This document shows positions 1-10,375 of a stretch of 64,000 bases of DNA, piece after piece (within the stretch, counting starts at the first letter, position 1; each line of letters opens with the position of its first letter). The DNA lies in the NCBI GenBank assembly GCA_944389385.1, contig CALXMC010000004.1:8254-72253 (forward strand). Reading direction: 5' to 3'. The notes beneath the pieces were generated by a model, which was not told where the DNA came from, ran no database searches, and was given only the letters and a program-made list of their open reading frames with translations. The stretch is from an uncultured Alphaproteobacteria bacterium. Lineage in GTDB: Bacteria; Pseudomonadota; Alphaproteobacteria; Rs-D84. The translations under genes and the position numbers were made by a program.

Positions 1-128
1 TCATTTTGTGGATTATGCGCGTCATCGCGACTTGTTCAAATTGGCGGCGTCTGCGGCGCGTGATATGGACGCGCCAGATTCTTGGACACGTGATTTAATG
101 TTTATATTTGACCGCGGGGTGACAATCA

Positions 129-1421
129 GTGCGTAAAGTATTGTTTATTATTTTATGTGTAATATTTGCGACGCCTGGATACGCGGCATCGCTGATAAAC
201 GATACAGAAACCGAACGTGTAATAACCGACTTGATTGCACCATTGGCGGCCGCGGCCGATATACCGGATGGACGCCTGAGGGTGCATATTGTTGGCGACA
301 ACCAATTCAACGCATTCGTTATGGGGGGCGAAGACGTATATGTTTATACTGGATTGCTGACACAAATTAAATCGCCCGATGCGTTACAGGCCGTTGTCGC
401 GCACGAATTGGGGCACACGATTGGTGGCCACATGACGCAAATGTCCGACCGAATGAGTGCTGAAATGTTGCGGACTATGATAATCCAGGCATTGGGGATT
501 GGACTTATGGCGGTCGGGGGCGATCCATCGCTGGGGGCGGGCGTGTTGGCCGGTTCCAGTGGTGTTGCCCAGCAATCTATGTTGGCATTCACGCGTGACG
601 AAGAACGCATCGCCGACGATATGGGATTAAAACTGATGATACGCGCGGGATTAAATCCCGACGGATTTGTCCAGGTATTTGAACAAATGGGGCACATGAC
701 CGGCGCGTTGGAATCGCGTATAAATCCAAATCGAATAAACCATCCGCTTACGGCGGAAAGATTAAATAACGTGCGCGCCCAAATTGAAAAAATGGATTCA
801 GATTACATACCAACCAACGCGCCAACGGATGCCCAACGCTCAGAATTTGAATTGGTTCGGGCAAAGTTAATTGGGTATTTGGATTCGGCTGAAAATGTCG
901 CGACGGCATATCCAAAATCAGATACATCCGACGCGTCATTATACGCGCATGCAATTGCATATATGCGCGGTGGCAATTTGGATGCTGCGCGTACGACAAC
1001 ATTGGCACTGATTGACCGCGCGCCGGACAATCCTTATTTTTATGAATTGTTGGGCGATGTTGAATACCAGTTGGGACATTATGACGACAGCGTTTCCGCA
1101 TACGAAAAATCATTGGAATTAACCGATAATGCCCCCCAGATAGAAACCGCATTGGCATTGGTATTATCCGAACGGAATAAATCAGGCGATCGTGCGCGTG
1201 CGATTGAATTGTGCAAACGTGCATTGCTGACGTCGCCAATGCCATTGACGTATTGGGTATTGGCGCGCGCATACGACGACGGCCGTGCAGATTGGGCACG
1301 TGCAGAATACTATCACATGATGGGGAAAAAAGAATTGGCGCGCGAATACGCACGCCGTGCGCGAAAATCGTTAAAACCAAACACCCCCGAATATATTAAA
1401 TCAGGCGATATTTTGGGATAA
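129..1421 (+). CDS. M48-family zinc metalloprotease with TPR-like C-terminal half (BepA-like), secreted
   Basis: 430-aa ORF. Hydrophobic N-terminal signal-like segment. HExxH zinc motif in VVAHELGHTIGGHM. Repetitive helical C-terminal half consistent with TPR. Confidence 0.65.
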   Translation: MRKVLFIILCVIFATPGYAASLINDTETERVITDLIAPLAAAADIPDGRLRVHIVGDNQFNAFVMGGEDVYVYTGLLTQIKSPDALQAVVAHELGHTIGGHMTQMSDRMSAEMLRTMIIQALGIGLMAVGGDPSLGAGVLAGSSGVAQQSMLAFTRDEERIADDMGLKLMIRAGLNPDGFVQVFEQMGHMTGALESRINPNRINHPLTAERLNNVRAQIEKMDSDYIPTNAPTDAQRSEFELVRAKLIGYLDSAENVATAYPKSDTSDASLYAHAIAYMRGGNLDAARTTTLALIDRAPDNPYFYELLGDVEYQLGHYDDSVSAYEKSLELTDNAPQIETALALVLSERNKSGDRARAIELCKRALLTSPMPLTYWVLARAYDDGRADWARAEYYHMMGKKELAREYARRARKSLKPNTPEYIKSGDILG

Positions 1422-1425
1422 CCAC

Positions 1426-3765
1426 CTACGCAGCCATGCCGTACTTTTTCAAATAATTCGCATAATACGCCTGGAATTTTATCTGGGATTCTTTCATATT
1501 TTTTTCTTTACCGAACGCATCGGCGGCTTTACGCATTTTGTCGGCTTTTTTCTGTTTTGCTGCTTTACTTAGTGGCGAACGAGAATCCATTTTTCCACTG
1601 ATTAAAAAATCCCAGTAAGCCATCAGTTCATGGTATTTGTGTTCGTCAGAGTTATCAAGTTCTTCTTTTCTTTTTTCTTCGTTTTCTATTAAATTATCAT
1701 ATTCTTTTAATGCCTCGGCTTGGTCTTCCAGTTCCTGTTTTTTGCGCCGTTTTTCTTGTATATTATCAGAAAGGTTTGCGATGACAGATTGCAAATCACG
1801 CATTCTGGTCAGTTTTTCACGTACGTCATCTTCTGTAATGTCTTTCAAATAATCATCATCAACAGTGTATCCAATGGATATATATGTCATGGCATCTTCA
1901 ATATAGTCGTGCAGCGCGTGACCACTGTTTTTCTTTAACCATATACGAAGTTCTTCGGATAATTTGTCATATTCAGGTTGTAATTTTTCATCGCGCAGTT
2001 TGGTTCTGCTTTCTATATTTGAATCCAAATATCCTTCTGGATCGTAACGGTTGCGCAATTCTTCCAGTTTCTTTTCTTGAATTTCTTTGTCTTTTGTGAA
2101 AGCTTCGATATTCTTCTCGATTTCGGTACGTGTCTTTTCAGCCGCTTCCGTTTTTGCTTTTGCGGCATTGCCCAAACGTCCATACTGACCCTTGAATTTC
2201 GCGCCAGATAATCTGACCGCATTTCCAACCGCTGTAATTCCATAACCAATTGCGTTAAAGGCAAATTTTATCGTATTATCCATGGCGCTGGTCAAGAAAC
2301 GCATAGCTTCGCCGCCTTTTTGATTCCATGAAAAATCTTTATCTGAAAATATGGTCAAGTCAGATTTTCTGAAAGTTTCCATAACCTTGCTGGTGGTATA
2401 ACCAAATCTGATAACGGCCAATACCTCCATCGCGGTTCTGGCTTCTTCGACCTTGTTTTCGCGTATGGCACGTATAATCATGTGCGATACAATTGTACGC
2501 AGGCGACGCCCGTCTTTTAATGCACTGGCAAACGCCTTGGGTTCTTGGTCTTTCAGATCGTTAAGTACGGTTACGCACCAATCGAAATGCCCGGGTGCAT
2601 TTTTTGATTCAGCCAAACGCTTTTTTATGGCATCTTTGCTTTCAAGAATTTTTATCAGTCCATCGGTGGGTTTGATTTTTTCTTTATCAATTGCCTTGCA
2701 AATAGACTTGGCATAGGGTGACATAAATACATGGTCGCCACGGAATCGCGAATATTTTTCAAAATAATTTTCATACGTATCATCCCACCACTTGGATATA
2801 CGCTGTGGCAAAGTTAAATCGTCTTTTAACTTTGGTGGCACATAACTTTTGCTTTCTTTGTTGTTGTAACTTAAAAATTCCTTGGCGTCTTCCAATGATT
2901 TTGAAATTTTGCTGGAATCATGCGCCTGGAATACTTCAAAGACTTTTGGTTTATCAAGTAACGTCGTTAATAATTCGCGGTAATACTGTTTTAATAAAGA
3001 AATCTTATCTGCACGGACTGCTTTATTTTCAAATCCCTGGGCGATTGTGCTGAAATCCAGTCGGGATTCGGGACCAACAATTTTGCGTACGACACTGTCG
3101 CTATGTTGCAAATCATTATCCAGCGCGCCGGCAACATCAATCATTCGCTGTCTGAATTTCGGATCTTTATTGTACTTTTGATCTTCCAATCCCTTGATTA
3201 AATCTTCCCAAGAAAACTCGTCATTAAAATATTGTCCGCGATTTCCCGACGAATTAAACCATTGTTTCAAACGTTCGCCGTGTGGCCCACTTAATAACTT
3301 ATGCAATTCTTGTATTTTTTCTTCTGCTTCGCGCGATGCAGTCGTATATGCAAACAATTTCACTTTGGCGTCGGGGCCGAAAAAGCGCTCTAAAAATGCC
3401 TTGGCTTTGTCATTTGGGTTGGGATATTCCAGTGATTTTTTCTTGCTGTACATCGACTGGAACGCGTCATTAAACGCGTTGTACATTTTTTCCCATTCTG
3501 CGTCGGTTAATTGCCAATCGTCACCGGGCGTTTCTTCAACAGGGTCGGGAACTTCTTTACGTACATATAATTTTGTTGCAGGATCTTTAACGTATTCGTC
3601 GCCATCTTTGCGCAACAATTGATTGCGCCAATACTTCATATTGCCGCCCAAATCATCCTTATCCACGTATTCACAGAAACGAACAAATTGTTCATCCGGC
3701 ATATTCAAAAATATCATCCGCTTGAAATACTCGGATACAAAATCAACCATTGACTTATCAGACAC
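1426..3765 (-). CDS. Large hypothetical protein, K/E-rich with predicted coiled-coil; no recognisable catalytic motif
   Basis: Uninterrupted 779-aa ORF. Highly charged low-complexity segments (EEKRKEELD..., QEKRRKKQELEDQAEALKEYDNL). No family motif recognised by eye. Confidence 0.5.
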   Translation of the reverse strand: MSDKSMVDFVSEYFKRMIFLNMPDEQFVRFCEYVDKDDLGGNMKYWRNQLLRKDGDEYVKDPATKLYVRKEVPDPVEETPGDDWQLTDAEWEKMYNAFNDAFQSMYSKKKSLEYPNPNDKAKAFLERFFGPDAKVKLFAYTTASREAEEKIQELHKLLSGPHGERLKQWFNSSGNRGQYFNDEFSWEDLIKGLEDQKYNKDPKFRQRMIDVAGALDNDLQHSDSVVRKIVGPESRLDFSTIAQGFENKAVRADKISLLKQYYRELLTTLLDKPKVFEVFQAHDSSKISKSLEDAKEFLSYNNKESKSYVPPKLKDDLTLPQRISKWWDDTYENYFEKYSRFRGDHVFMSPYAKSICKAIDKEKIKPTDGLIKILESKDAIKKRLAESKNAPGHFDWCVTVLNDLKDQEPKAFASALKDGRRLRTIVSHMIIRAIRENKVEEARTAMEVLAVIRFGYTTSKVMETFRKSDLTIFSDKDFSWNQKGGEAMRFLTSAMDNTIKFAFNAIGYGITAVGNAVRLSGAKFKGQYGRLGNAAKAKTEAAEKTRTEIEKNIEAFTKDKEIQEKKLEELRNRYDPEGYLDSNIESRTKLRDEKLQPEYDKLSEELRIWLKKNSGHALHDYIEDAMTYISIGYTVDDDYLKDITEDDVREKLTRMRDLQSVIANLSDNIQEKRRKKQELEDQAEALKEYDNLIENEEKRKEELDNSDEHKYHELMAYWDFLISGKMDSRSPLSKAAKQKKADKMRKAADAFGKEKNMKESQIKFQAYYANYLKKYGMAA

Positions 3766-3892
3766 GATGAACCCCTTTTAATCTGTCCCTGCTATTATAG
3801 TCTTTTTTGGGCGAAATTTCAAGTTTGTCGGGCGGTGTTGTGGGGATACGTTCCTGTCGCTTTGGCGGCTTGTTTCGGGCACAATAGGGCAC

Positions 3893-4573
3893 ATGAAGTT
3901 CCGTTTGCACGATTTTTTGCTGAAAATGATACCCTATGTACTGTCTATCGCGGGCGGATTGGTGTTATTTATCGTTACAAAAGACGACATTCATGACCCA
4001 AATATGACTGATTTGATAAATAACATTGCGGCATCGTTGCTGTCCATACCGTTGGTGTTTTTGCTGTACGATTATTCGAATTACCGCGTATCAAAGCAAT
4101 TACAAAAGACCATGGCGGACAGCGTCGGCGACAAAATCAACGTTATATTGCTGCGCGTGGCAATAGTCATTCGTGGTATTATCGGCATGCGTAAAAAATT
4201 GACATTTATGACGTTGAATAATATGAGTGACATCAGTGTATCCCGAATATCGACGCGGTTAAAAATCACGCCATCGGCATTGTCTGAATTACACAGTCTG
4301 CACGACCAGTTATATGATTTTATTTACCATGGCGCGAATACAAATGTTTTGTCTGTGGATCAAATTCAGTCTTTGTCGGGATTATTGCGTGAAATATCCC
4401 AGTTAATAAACGAACACGAATTCCGCCGCAATCGCCGCATTGCCGCCCGATACATCAAAAACATAATGGGGCATATCGCGGATTGGATGGATTCAGACGC
4501 ATTCGCATCGTTGCACTTTGACAAATTACTTGGCACAGCCCAGTTGAACGGGAAAAACAATTTGCTGAATTAA
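3893..4573 (+). CDS. Hypothetical membrane-anchored protein
   Basis: 226-aa ORF with one N-terminal hydrophobic helix (IPYVLSIAGGLVLFIV) and a second hydrophobic stretch. Confidence 0.45.
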   Translation: MKFRLHDFLLKMIPYVLSIAGGLVLFIVTKDDIHDPNMTDLINNIAASLLSIPLVFLLYDYSNYRVSKQLQKTMADSVGDKINVILLRVAIVIRGIIGMRKKLTFMTLNNMSDISVSRISTRLKITPSALSELHSLHDQLYDFIYHGANTNVLSVDQIQSLSGLLREISQLINEHEFRRNRRIAARYIKNIMGHIADWMDSDAFASLHFDKLLGTAQLNGKNNLLN

Positions 4574-4662
4574 AATTCGCGTATTTTCCCATTGACGTGG
4601 GCAGTTGAATTTAACTATACTGCCCATCGGGAAATCTTTGGTACAAGTGTAAAGGTGGTAAA

Positions 4663-5385
4663 ATGTTGGATTTGGTACACATGTACAAAGACAGGGTTAT
4701 TAACAAACCTGATAATAATTATGCGTTGCAATGCGTTTATTCTATTGACGGGATATCGGATTTAATAAATCAGTGTTACCCGAACATAGTCGCATTTCTT
4801 GATATGAATATGGATAAAGATAATGCGGAAAATCCGTGTATTAAACTTGTGTTAACGGATGTTGGATATCCTGTATCTTTTATTGACACAAAGAAATATA
4901 ATTCCGGTGGTGCGTGGTGGCTTAATTTTTTATCGCGCCAACCGGTAAAAAACGTGCATATTAACGGCGAAAAATTGCAGAAAAACATCGCTATTCGTCT
5001 GGAAACACCGGCCTTGGCGGATGATGTTTCGTTGGGCGTGCCGACTTTGTTATACACCACTGCACGCATAGGCAACAATTGTCATTTTGAATCTTTGGAT
5101 GCACGCGGTGTGCAAAGCATAGGCGATAATTTTTCCGCAAATACCTTAATCGCGCCGCAATTAACCACAGTTGGTCGTGGATTTAATGTAAAAAAATTGG
5201 ATGCGCCGGCGTTGCCACATCCGGCCAATGTTCAGTTATTTGATGCACGTATTCGCGACCAAGATGCAAAAATTGCTGCGGCCATGGACGAAATGGAAAA
5301 AATGAAATTAAAGGTGGCTGAAATGCGTAATGCGCGTGAAAAATTGGTGGCTCAACGCGCAATGTGTATGCAAAATACAAAATAA
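4663..5385 (+). CDS. Hypothetical protein
   Basis: 240-aa ORF followed immediately by a hairpin terminator. No recognisable motifs. Confidence 0.45.
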   Translation: MLDLVHMYKDRVINKPDNNYALQCVYSIDGISDLINQCYPNIVAFLDMNMDKDNAENPCIKLVLTDVGYPVSFIDTKKYNSGGAWWLNFLSRQPVKNVHINGEKLQKNIAIRLETPALADDVSLGVPTLLYTTARIGNNCHFESLDARGVQSIGDNFSANTLIAPQLTTVGRGFNVKKLDAPALPHPANVQLFDARIRDQDAKIAAAMDEMEKMKLKVAEMRNAREKLVAQRAMCMQNTK

Positions 5386-5387
5386 TA

Positions 5388-5413
5388 AAAACCGCCGCAA
5401 TGGCGGTTTTTAT
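5388..5413. terminator. Bidirectional rho-independent terminator between convergent genes
   Basis: AAAACCGCCGCAATGGCGGTTTTTAT: GC hairpin with U/A-runs on both sides, between 4663..5385(+) and 5413..6162(-). Confidence 0.55.
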
Positions 5414-6162
5414 CAGTCGTTTAAGCAGCGGACTATTTTTGCATGTATCACGTTAAATAACTTATCCATGTGCTGCTTGCGGATTTTTTTCATATTTGCA
5501 TCGTACGCCGACCAATCGGATGAACGCATCATTTGGACCATGTTCAGGCCATACATCATGCTTTGATTGCCAAATGTAAAAAATTGTCTTTTTGCTTGTT
5601 CCAAATTTGGCGACCGCAACAGCATTTCAGGTGCGGTTTCATACACCACATTTTGCAAAACCATAACTTTCAGACCGCCCTGACGAATAGTATTGTCAAT
5701 ATCGTCAGATATAAAATCGACAAAGGTTTTGAAATAAGGACGTGTTTGATATGCGTCTGATGCGTCACGCAAAGCCCGCGCAACCGCGTTCGGCGTTGGG
5801 TTGGGTTCTGCATACATGTATCCGGCCGCAGTTGCGGTTATTTCGTCCAAAACCTGCAATTCCATTTTTTCGTAATGATTATGTGCATTATTGTAATACG
5901 TATGCGGCGCGTTTTGTATGTGATGCAATTCATGCGCCAATGTTTCAGGGACTTTGTCATTTAATATTTTGACGTCATGTTGCAGTGCAGCCATCAAATC
6001 ATCTGGCAAGCGCATTTTTTCATCGATTTTGAATTTGTATATTACCACGTCGCCGGTGCGTGTGTTTGTCTGGCCACTGCAAACGGAACGATTTGTTCGT
6101 ATTTTGTCCAAAGTCTCGTACGTCAATATAACAGTTTCATAACGAATTTTTGGTGTTATCAT
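5413..6162 (-). CDS. Hypothetical protein with HExxH-type motif (possible zinc metallopeptidase-like)
   Basis: 249-aa ORF. Motif AHELHHIQ (HExxH) followed ~20 aa later by E/H-rich segment (HNHYEKME). Confidence 0.4.
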   Translation of the reverse strand: MITPKIRYETVILTYETLDKIRTNRSVCSGQTNTRTGDVVIYKFKIDEKMRLPDDLMAALQHDVKILNDKVPETLAHELHHIQNAPHTYYNNAHNHYEKMELQVLDEITATAAGYMYAEPNPTPNAVARALRDASDAYQTRPYFKTFVDFISDDIDNTIRQGGLKVMVLQNVVYETAPEMLLRSPNLEQAKRQFFTFGNQSMMYGLNMVQMMRSSDWSAYDANMKKIRKQHMDKLFNVIHAKIVRCLND

Positions 6163-6289
6163 TTATAAACAATCCCTTTGTTTTGTTGACAAAAATAACA
6201 ATCTTTGTATAATTTGTCAAGGCTTTTGGTGCAAAAAAAAGCGCCCAAACTTGACCAAGGGCGCAGAAACTGATGTCTGATTTTTCAAA

Positions 6290-7210
6290 TTAACGACTGC
6301 CAACGCTTTTGAATACAGGTATAAAATCAAACAAATAGATTTTGTAACAAGACGAATTTTGTACGTCGCGATAAATCGTTATCAGCGGTATTGAAAACAC
6401 AGTTAATCTGTAAATTTTTTTATATTCCTTGTATCCTGTAAATTTTGTACCGATGCGCTGTATATTTGCCTGGATATCTTCAACAATACTTGGAACCGCC
6501 ACCTGGTACAGACGGTTAATATCCATGACCTGGTGTATTGCCTGTTTCTTTATAAACGGGATGCCAGATTCCAATACATACACCGGTGCTTCATATACAT
6601 CGTGGCGCACATCACCATCTTTTGTATTAAATTTTGTGTACATTTGATAACCGTGCTGCATAATCGTTCTGGATAAACCAACTTCGTATTTAAGTATGAT
6701 TAAATCTTTGGTTGGTTGGCCGGATATGCGTCGCATAAAATCGCGTAAAAAATCCGACGTTGCAACCCGTTGTGACATGCCCACAAACCAAGATTGCACA
6801 TGATGTAATGTAACACTGTTACGGTAAGATGCGGGGCCGACCAAGTCCGCACCACTTGATTCCAGTTCCGTCAAAAGTGGTTCCACATTAAATAATGGAC
6901 CATACACACTGTCATTTACCAGATATATCCAATCGTAATTTTTAATCAAACCATTATCGTCCGCCCATTGGTATGCGCGCTTGTATGATCCAAAATCGTA
7001 TTCGCCATGACGCTTGGCCGATGCGTATAATACATGCGGAATTTGTTTAATCTTGTCCAATTCAGAATCATTTGCATCCGAGTCCATAATAAAAACTATA
7101 TCGCCCAAATCTGACAAGCAACGTAAATAATGCAACAAAGTTTTATCAACAAAACCGTATTTATCGTATCCTGCAAATAAAAATAGCCGTTTAACCATAT
7201 TATTCTCCAT
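6290..7210 (-). CDS. Putative polysaccharide-biosynthesis glycosyltransferase (family uncertain)
   Basis: 306-aa ORF. D-S-D acidic motif (IMDSDANDSE). YLVNDSVYGP segment reminiscent of sugar-transferase folds. Call is weak. Confidence 0.3.
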   Translation of the reverse strand: MENNMVKRLFLFAGYDKYGFVDKTLLHYLRCLSDLGDIVFIMDSDANDSELDKIKQIPHVLYASAKRHGEYDFGSYKRAYQWADDNGLIKNYDWIYLVNDSVYGPLFNVEPLLTELESSGADLVGPASYRNSVTLHHVQSWFVGMSQRVATSDFLRDFMRRISGQPTKDLIILKYEVGLSRTIMQHGYQMYTKFNTKDGDVRHDVYEAPVYVLESGIPFIKKQAIHQVMDINRLYQVAVPSIVEDIQANIQRIGTKFTGYKEYKKIYRLTVFSIPLITIYRDVQNSSCYKIYLFDFIPVFKSVGSR

Positions 7211-7265
7211 TTATTGTATATGTCAGCGATGCTGATACTATTCTATAAACAAACCGAAATCAAGC

Positions 7266-7289
7266 GATAAAAACGCCCCGATTGGGGCG
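7266..7289 (-). terminator. Rho-independent terminator downstream of DUF378 gene
   Basis: Minus strand reads CGCCCCAATCGGGGCG followed by TTTTTAT, 24 nt after the stop of 7313..7528. Confidence 0.45.
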
Positions 7290-7312
7290 GATGACATGAA
7301 ATTGCTGATTTT

Positions 7313-7528
7313 TTATCGTTCGTCGCGTTTTTGTGATTTTTCGATAATCATCCAAATAACCCATGCCAAAGCCGCAATGCCAATTATGGCATATACAATG
7401 CTGCTGGCGATGCTCATCGGGCCAAAGATAAACGCAACCAAGTCAAAACCAAAGATTCCAATCAGACCCCAGTTCAAGGCGCCCAAAATTGTCAATGGCA
7501 TTAACACGTATGTTGTCAGTCCTCTCAT
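7313..7528 (-). CDS. Small membrane protein, DUF378 family
   Basis: MRGLTTYVLMPLTILGALNWGLIGIFGFDLVAFIFG... matches the DUF378 signature (LTILGALNWGLIG). Start moved to the internal Met of the longer tracked ORF. Confidence 0.6.
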   Translation of the reverse strand: MRGLTTYVLMPLTILGALNWGLIGIFGFDLVAFIFGPMSIASSIVYAIIGIAALAWVIWMIIEKSQKRDER

Positions 7529-7693
7529 CTTTTTTCTCCTTTTGACTGTTATGTATCTTGGTGATACCCAAGACAATGCCATTATAATCATTTTTGAATG
7601 TGTTCGCAATCATAATAAAAGGATTGGGAAAACGTTCCTGTACCCGTAAATCTGGGCTTTTATTCATACGTGCGGGTTTGTGTTGCCGCAATT

Positions 7694-8374
7694 TTACATA
7701 TCGTTTATGATGTGCCAAATTGCATAATTTGCGGCCATCAAACCAAATGTTCCCGTTACAGTTATGATCGATCCGAAAACGCGCGCGTCATCCGTCGGTG
7801 TGGCGGGTTCAGTTGAATACACCACATCAAAATCAGGCAAATTCTCTGCGCGTACCAACTTTCTGATTTTTGCGGCCAATGGACAAACGGTTGTTTTTGA
7901 TATTTTTGCAATTTTTATATATCTGGGGTTGGTTTTGCGTGCCGCGCCCATACTGGAAATAAACGGGACGTTTCGTGCCAAGCACCATTTGTACAGCGCG
8001 ATTTTTGACGGAACCGTATCTATGGCGTCAATTACAAAATCGGGCGTCACATTTAATTCTGTTGCGTCGTCAAAAAAAGCCTTTATCGCGGTGACATGCG
8101 TGTCTGGATTTATGTCATGGATGCGCGCACTGGCAACATCGACCTTTGCTTTGCCAATGGTGGCGTCGGTTGCAAAAATTTGTCGGTTGATATTTGATTC
8201 TTCGATTGCGTCTGAATCAACAATGATGATATTACCGACGCCTGTACGGGCCAATGCCTCGATGGCGAAAGAACCGACCGCACCGCATCCGACAACCATA
8301 ACGGTCGCCTTTTGCAATTTTTCTATGCCGGTATCGCCAAATAATAAACGGGTTCTGTGTAATCTGTCACTCAT
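7694..8374 (-). CDS. tcdA: tRNA threonylcarbamoyladenosine dehydratase (ThiF/MoeB E1-like, TcdA/CsdL)
   Basis: Rossmann GxGxxG (VVGCGAVGS). ThiF-family body (DSDAIEESNINRQI...). 4-nt overlap with upstream tatD. Confidence 0.7.
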   Translation of the reverse strand: MSDRLHRTRLLFGDTGIEKLQKATVMVVGCGAVGSFAIEALARTGVGNIIIVDSDAIEESNINRQIFATDATIGKAKVDVASARIHDINPDTHVTAIKAFFDDATELNVTPDFVIDAIDTVPSKIALYKWCLARNVPFISSMGAARKTNPRYIKIAKISKTTVCPLAAKIRKLVRAENLPDFDVVYSTEPATPTDDARVFGSIITVTGTFGLMAANYAIWHIINDM

Positions 8375-9147
8375 TTCAAAATCCCAATGGTGTTTTTATA
8401 AATTGTATTGGTAACTTCATCCAAATCAACAGATTTTATTTCTGCCACGCGTCGCGCCACAGACATTACTTCAACCGGATTGGCGTCGTCACTTTCGATT
8501 AAAATACGCGACATTGGCGTTTGACGAACGGTGTCGATTAAACGGCCACGGCGACCGTCCATAATCATCGGCGAATAAGAAAAATAAAAACCGTACCCGT
8601 CCGCTAAAGTACGCATAATATCGATCGAGCCTGCAAACGCATGCGCAACCATCGCGCGCGGCAATCGGTTGCGACGCGATTTTAATATTTGCAATACGCG
8701 GTTCCACGCGCCAACGCAGTGTATAAACGCGGGGCGTGAAAATTCAGCCGCCATATCCAAACAATCGATAAAAATATTTTCCTGTAATTCTGGGGCAGGG
8801 CGATATTTATCCAAACCGATTTCACCAACCATAATGTCGGGGAATTCAGTCAAAATTTCGCGCATACGTGTTGCCCAATTGGACGCAATATTTTGAACAT
8901 ACCACGGATGAACGCCAACCGCACCATAAACACCGGGAACATTACGCGCAATGCGCAACACATCCGCCCAATCCGCCGGATTTGTTCCGTTGCATACCGC
9001 GCCACATACGCCAACATCCGCGGCGCGCGCCATTACATACGCCACATTGGACACATTTTGTAAATGACAATGTGCATCAAAGTATTTCTGCATGTAAACA
9101 TTATCCACCCCCGCATACAAAAAATCAAGCCCGCAAAACTGTATCAA
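8371..9147 (-). CDS. tatD: TatD-family metal-dependent hydrolase/DNase
   Basis: N-terminal FDAHCHL motif. TatD-like histidine/aspartate pattern throughout. 258 aa. Confidence 0.7.
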   Translation of the reverse strand: MIQFCGLDFLYAGVDNVYMQKYFDAHCHLQNVSNVAYVMARAADVGVCGAVCNGTNPADWADVLRIARNVPGVYGAVGVHPWYVQNIASNWATRMREILTEFPDIMVGEIGLDKYRPAPELQENIFIDCLDMAAEFSRPAFIHCVGAWNRVLQILKSRRNRLPRAMVAHAFAGSIDIMRTLADGYGFYFSYSPMIMDGRRGRLIDTVRQTPMSRILIESDDANPVEVMSVARRVAEIKSVDLDEVTNTIYKNTIGILK

Positions 9148-9175
9148 AGAATGTCGTTGTATATGTAAATATAAC

Positions 9176-9226
9176 TTGACACAGTGTCAGGTCGCGTGAT
9201 ATTCTGACATCGTGTCAGAACAGTGG
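9176..9226 (+). promoter_or_regulatory. Sigma70-like promoter overlapped by two palindromic operators upstream of the TetR gene
   Basis: TTGACA (9176-9181), 16-nt spacer, GATATT (9198-9203). Palindromes TGACACAGTGTCA (9177-9189) and CTGACATCGTGTCAG (9204-9218). Confidence 0.5.
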
Positions 9227-9240
9227 GGAAGGGAATCAAA

Positions 9241-9876
9241 ATGCCAAACGTTACACATGGTGATAAACGCAGGGCTGAAATCGTACGCGCATGTCGCGAA
9301 TTGTATCAAACGATGTCGTTCAAAGACATTACAATCAAAGAAATCAGCAAATACACCAGTTTTTCCAGACCATCCATTTATAATTATTTTACAACCAAAG
9401 AAAGCATTTTTCTGGAAATATTCCGTGAAGAATACGCCCTTTGGTGTGATGATATGGACGCCATAATAACAAAATACAAAAAACTTAGTGTAAAAAAAAT
9501 TGCGGACAAATTGGCGCAAACACTGGAAAACCGCCCCGTGTTATTAAAATTGCTGTCTATGAATCTGTATGATTTGGAAGAAAATTGTTCGTTATCCGAC
9601 TTAACAACGTTCAAGCGTGAATACCGGCGTGCTTTGGATACAGTCGAACGTTTATTGACGGTATATTTCCCGCGTATGCACAAATCGGACAGGGAACGTT
9701 TTATATACATATTCTTTCCGTTTATGTTCGGGCTTTATCCATACGCGAATGTTACGCCAAAGCAAAAACAAGCGATGATTGCGTCTGGGATAAAATTCCC
9801 AACCAAACGTGTTTATGATTTTGCATATCAAACAATATTTTCATTGTTAATCAACCAAGGGGAAACAAATGAATAG
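9241..9876 (+). CDS. TetR-family transcriptional regulator
   Basis: N-terminal HTH (FKDITIKEISKYTSFSRPSIYNYFTTKESIF) typical of TetR. RBS GGGAAGGGAA upstream of ATG at 9241. Confidence 0.75.
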   Translation: MPNVTHGDKRRAEIVRACRELYQTMSFKDITIKEISKYTSFSRPSIYNYFTTKESIFLEIFREEYALWCDDMDAIITKYKKLSVKKIADKLAQTLENRPVLLKLLSMNLYDLEENCSLSDLTTFKREYRRALDTVERLLTVYFPRMHKSDRERFIYIFFPFMFGLYPYANVTPKQKQAMIASGIKFPTKRVYDFAYQTIFSLLINQGETNE

Positions 9877-10360
9877 TATTTTATCTTCTGTTCTTATTGC
9901 GTATTTTTCTGCAACGGGCACAACGGCAAATGTTGCGCAAAAATTGGCGTCGGCACTGGATGCGCCCATTTATGAAATCCAGCCCGCCCAACCATATACA
10001 GATGCGGATTTGGATTGGAACGATGAATCCAGTCGTTCATCTTTGGAAATGGATGGGAAAATACCGTATCCTGAATTGGCGGATTTGGATGCGCCGGTAA
10101 AGGATTACGACACGATATTTTTGGGATTCCCGATATGGTGGGGCACATCGCCCAAAATTGTAAATCAGTTTGTAAAGACCTATGACCTGACGGGCAAGAA
10201 AGTGATTTTATTTGCGACGTCTGGTTCCAGTGGTCTGGGCGATACCGCATCTGATTTATCGCAAGACGCCACCGGCACCCCCGAAATTATAAACGGCCGG
10301 CGTTTCCCGGCCAGTGTCAGCACAACCGAACTGAAAACCTGGGCTGAAAGCATAAAATAG
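9869..10360 (+). CDS. Flavodoxin
   Basis: IAYFSATGTTANVAQKLA FMN-binding N-terminus. ~160-aa flavodoxin fold with a W-rich loop (FPIWWG). Confidence 0.7.
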   Translation: MNSILSSVLIAYFSATGTTANVAQKLASALDAPIYEIQPAQPYTDADLDWNDESSRSSLEMDGKIPYPELADLDAPVKDYDTIFLGFPIWWGTSPKIVNQFVKTYDLTGKKVILFATSGSSGLGDTASDLSQDATGTPEIINGRRFPASVSTTELKTWAESIK

Positions 10361-10375
10361 CAAAGGGGGCAACAA

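Noticed and set aside
7296-7649. 117-aa plus-strand ORF
   Set aside because: It is entirely antisense to the well-supported DUF378 membrane-protein gene and has low-complexity composition.
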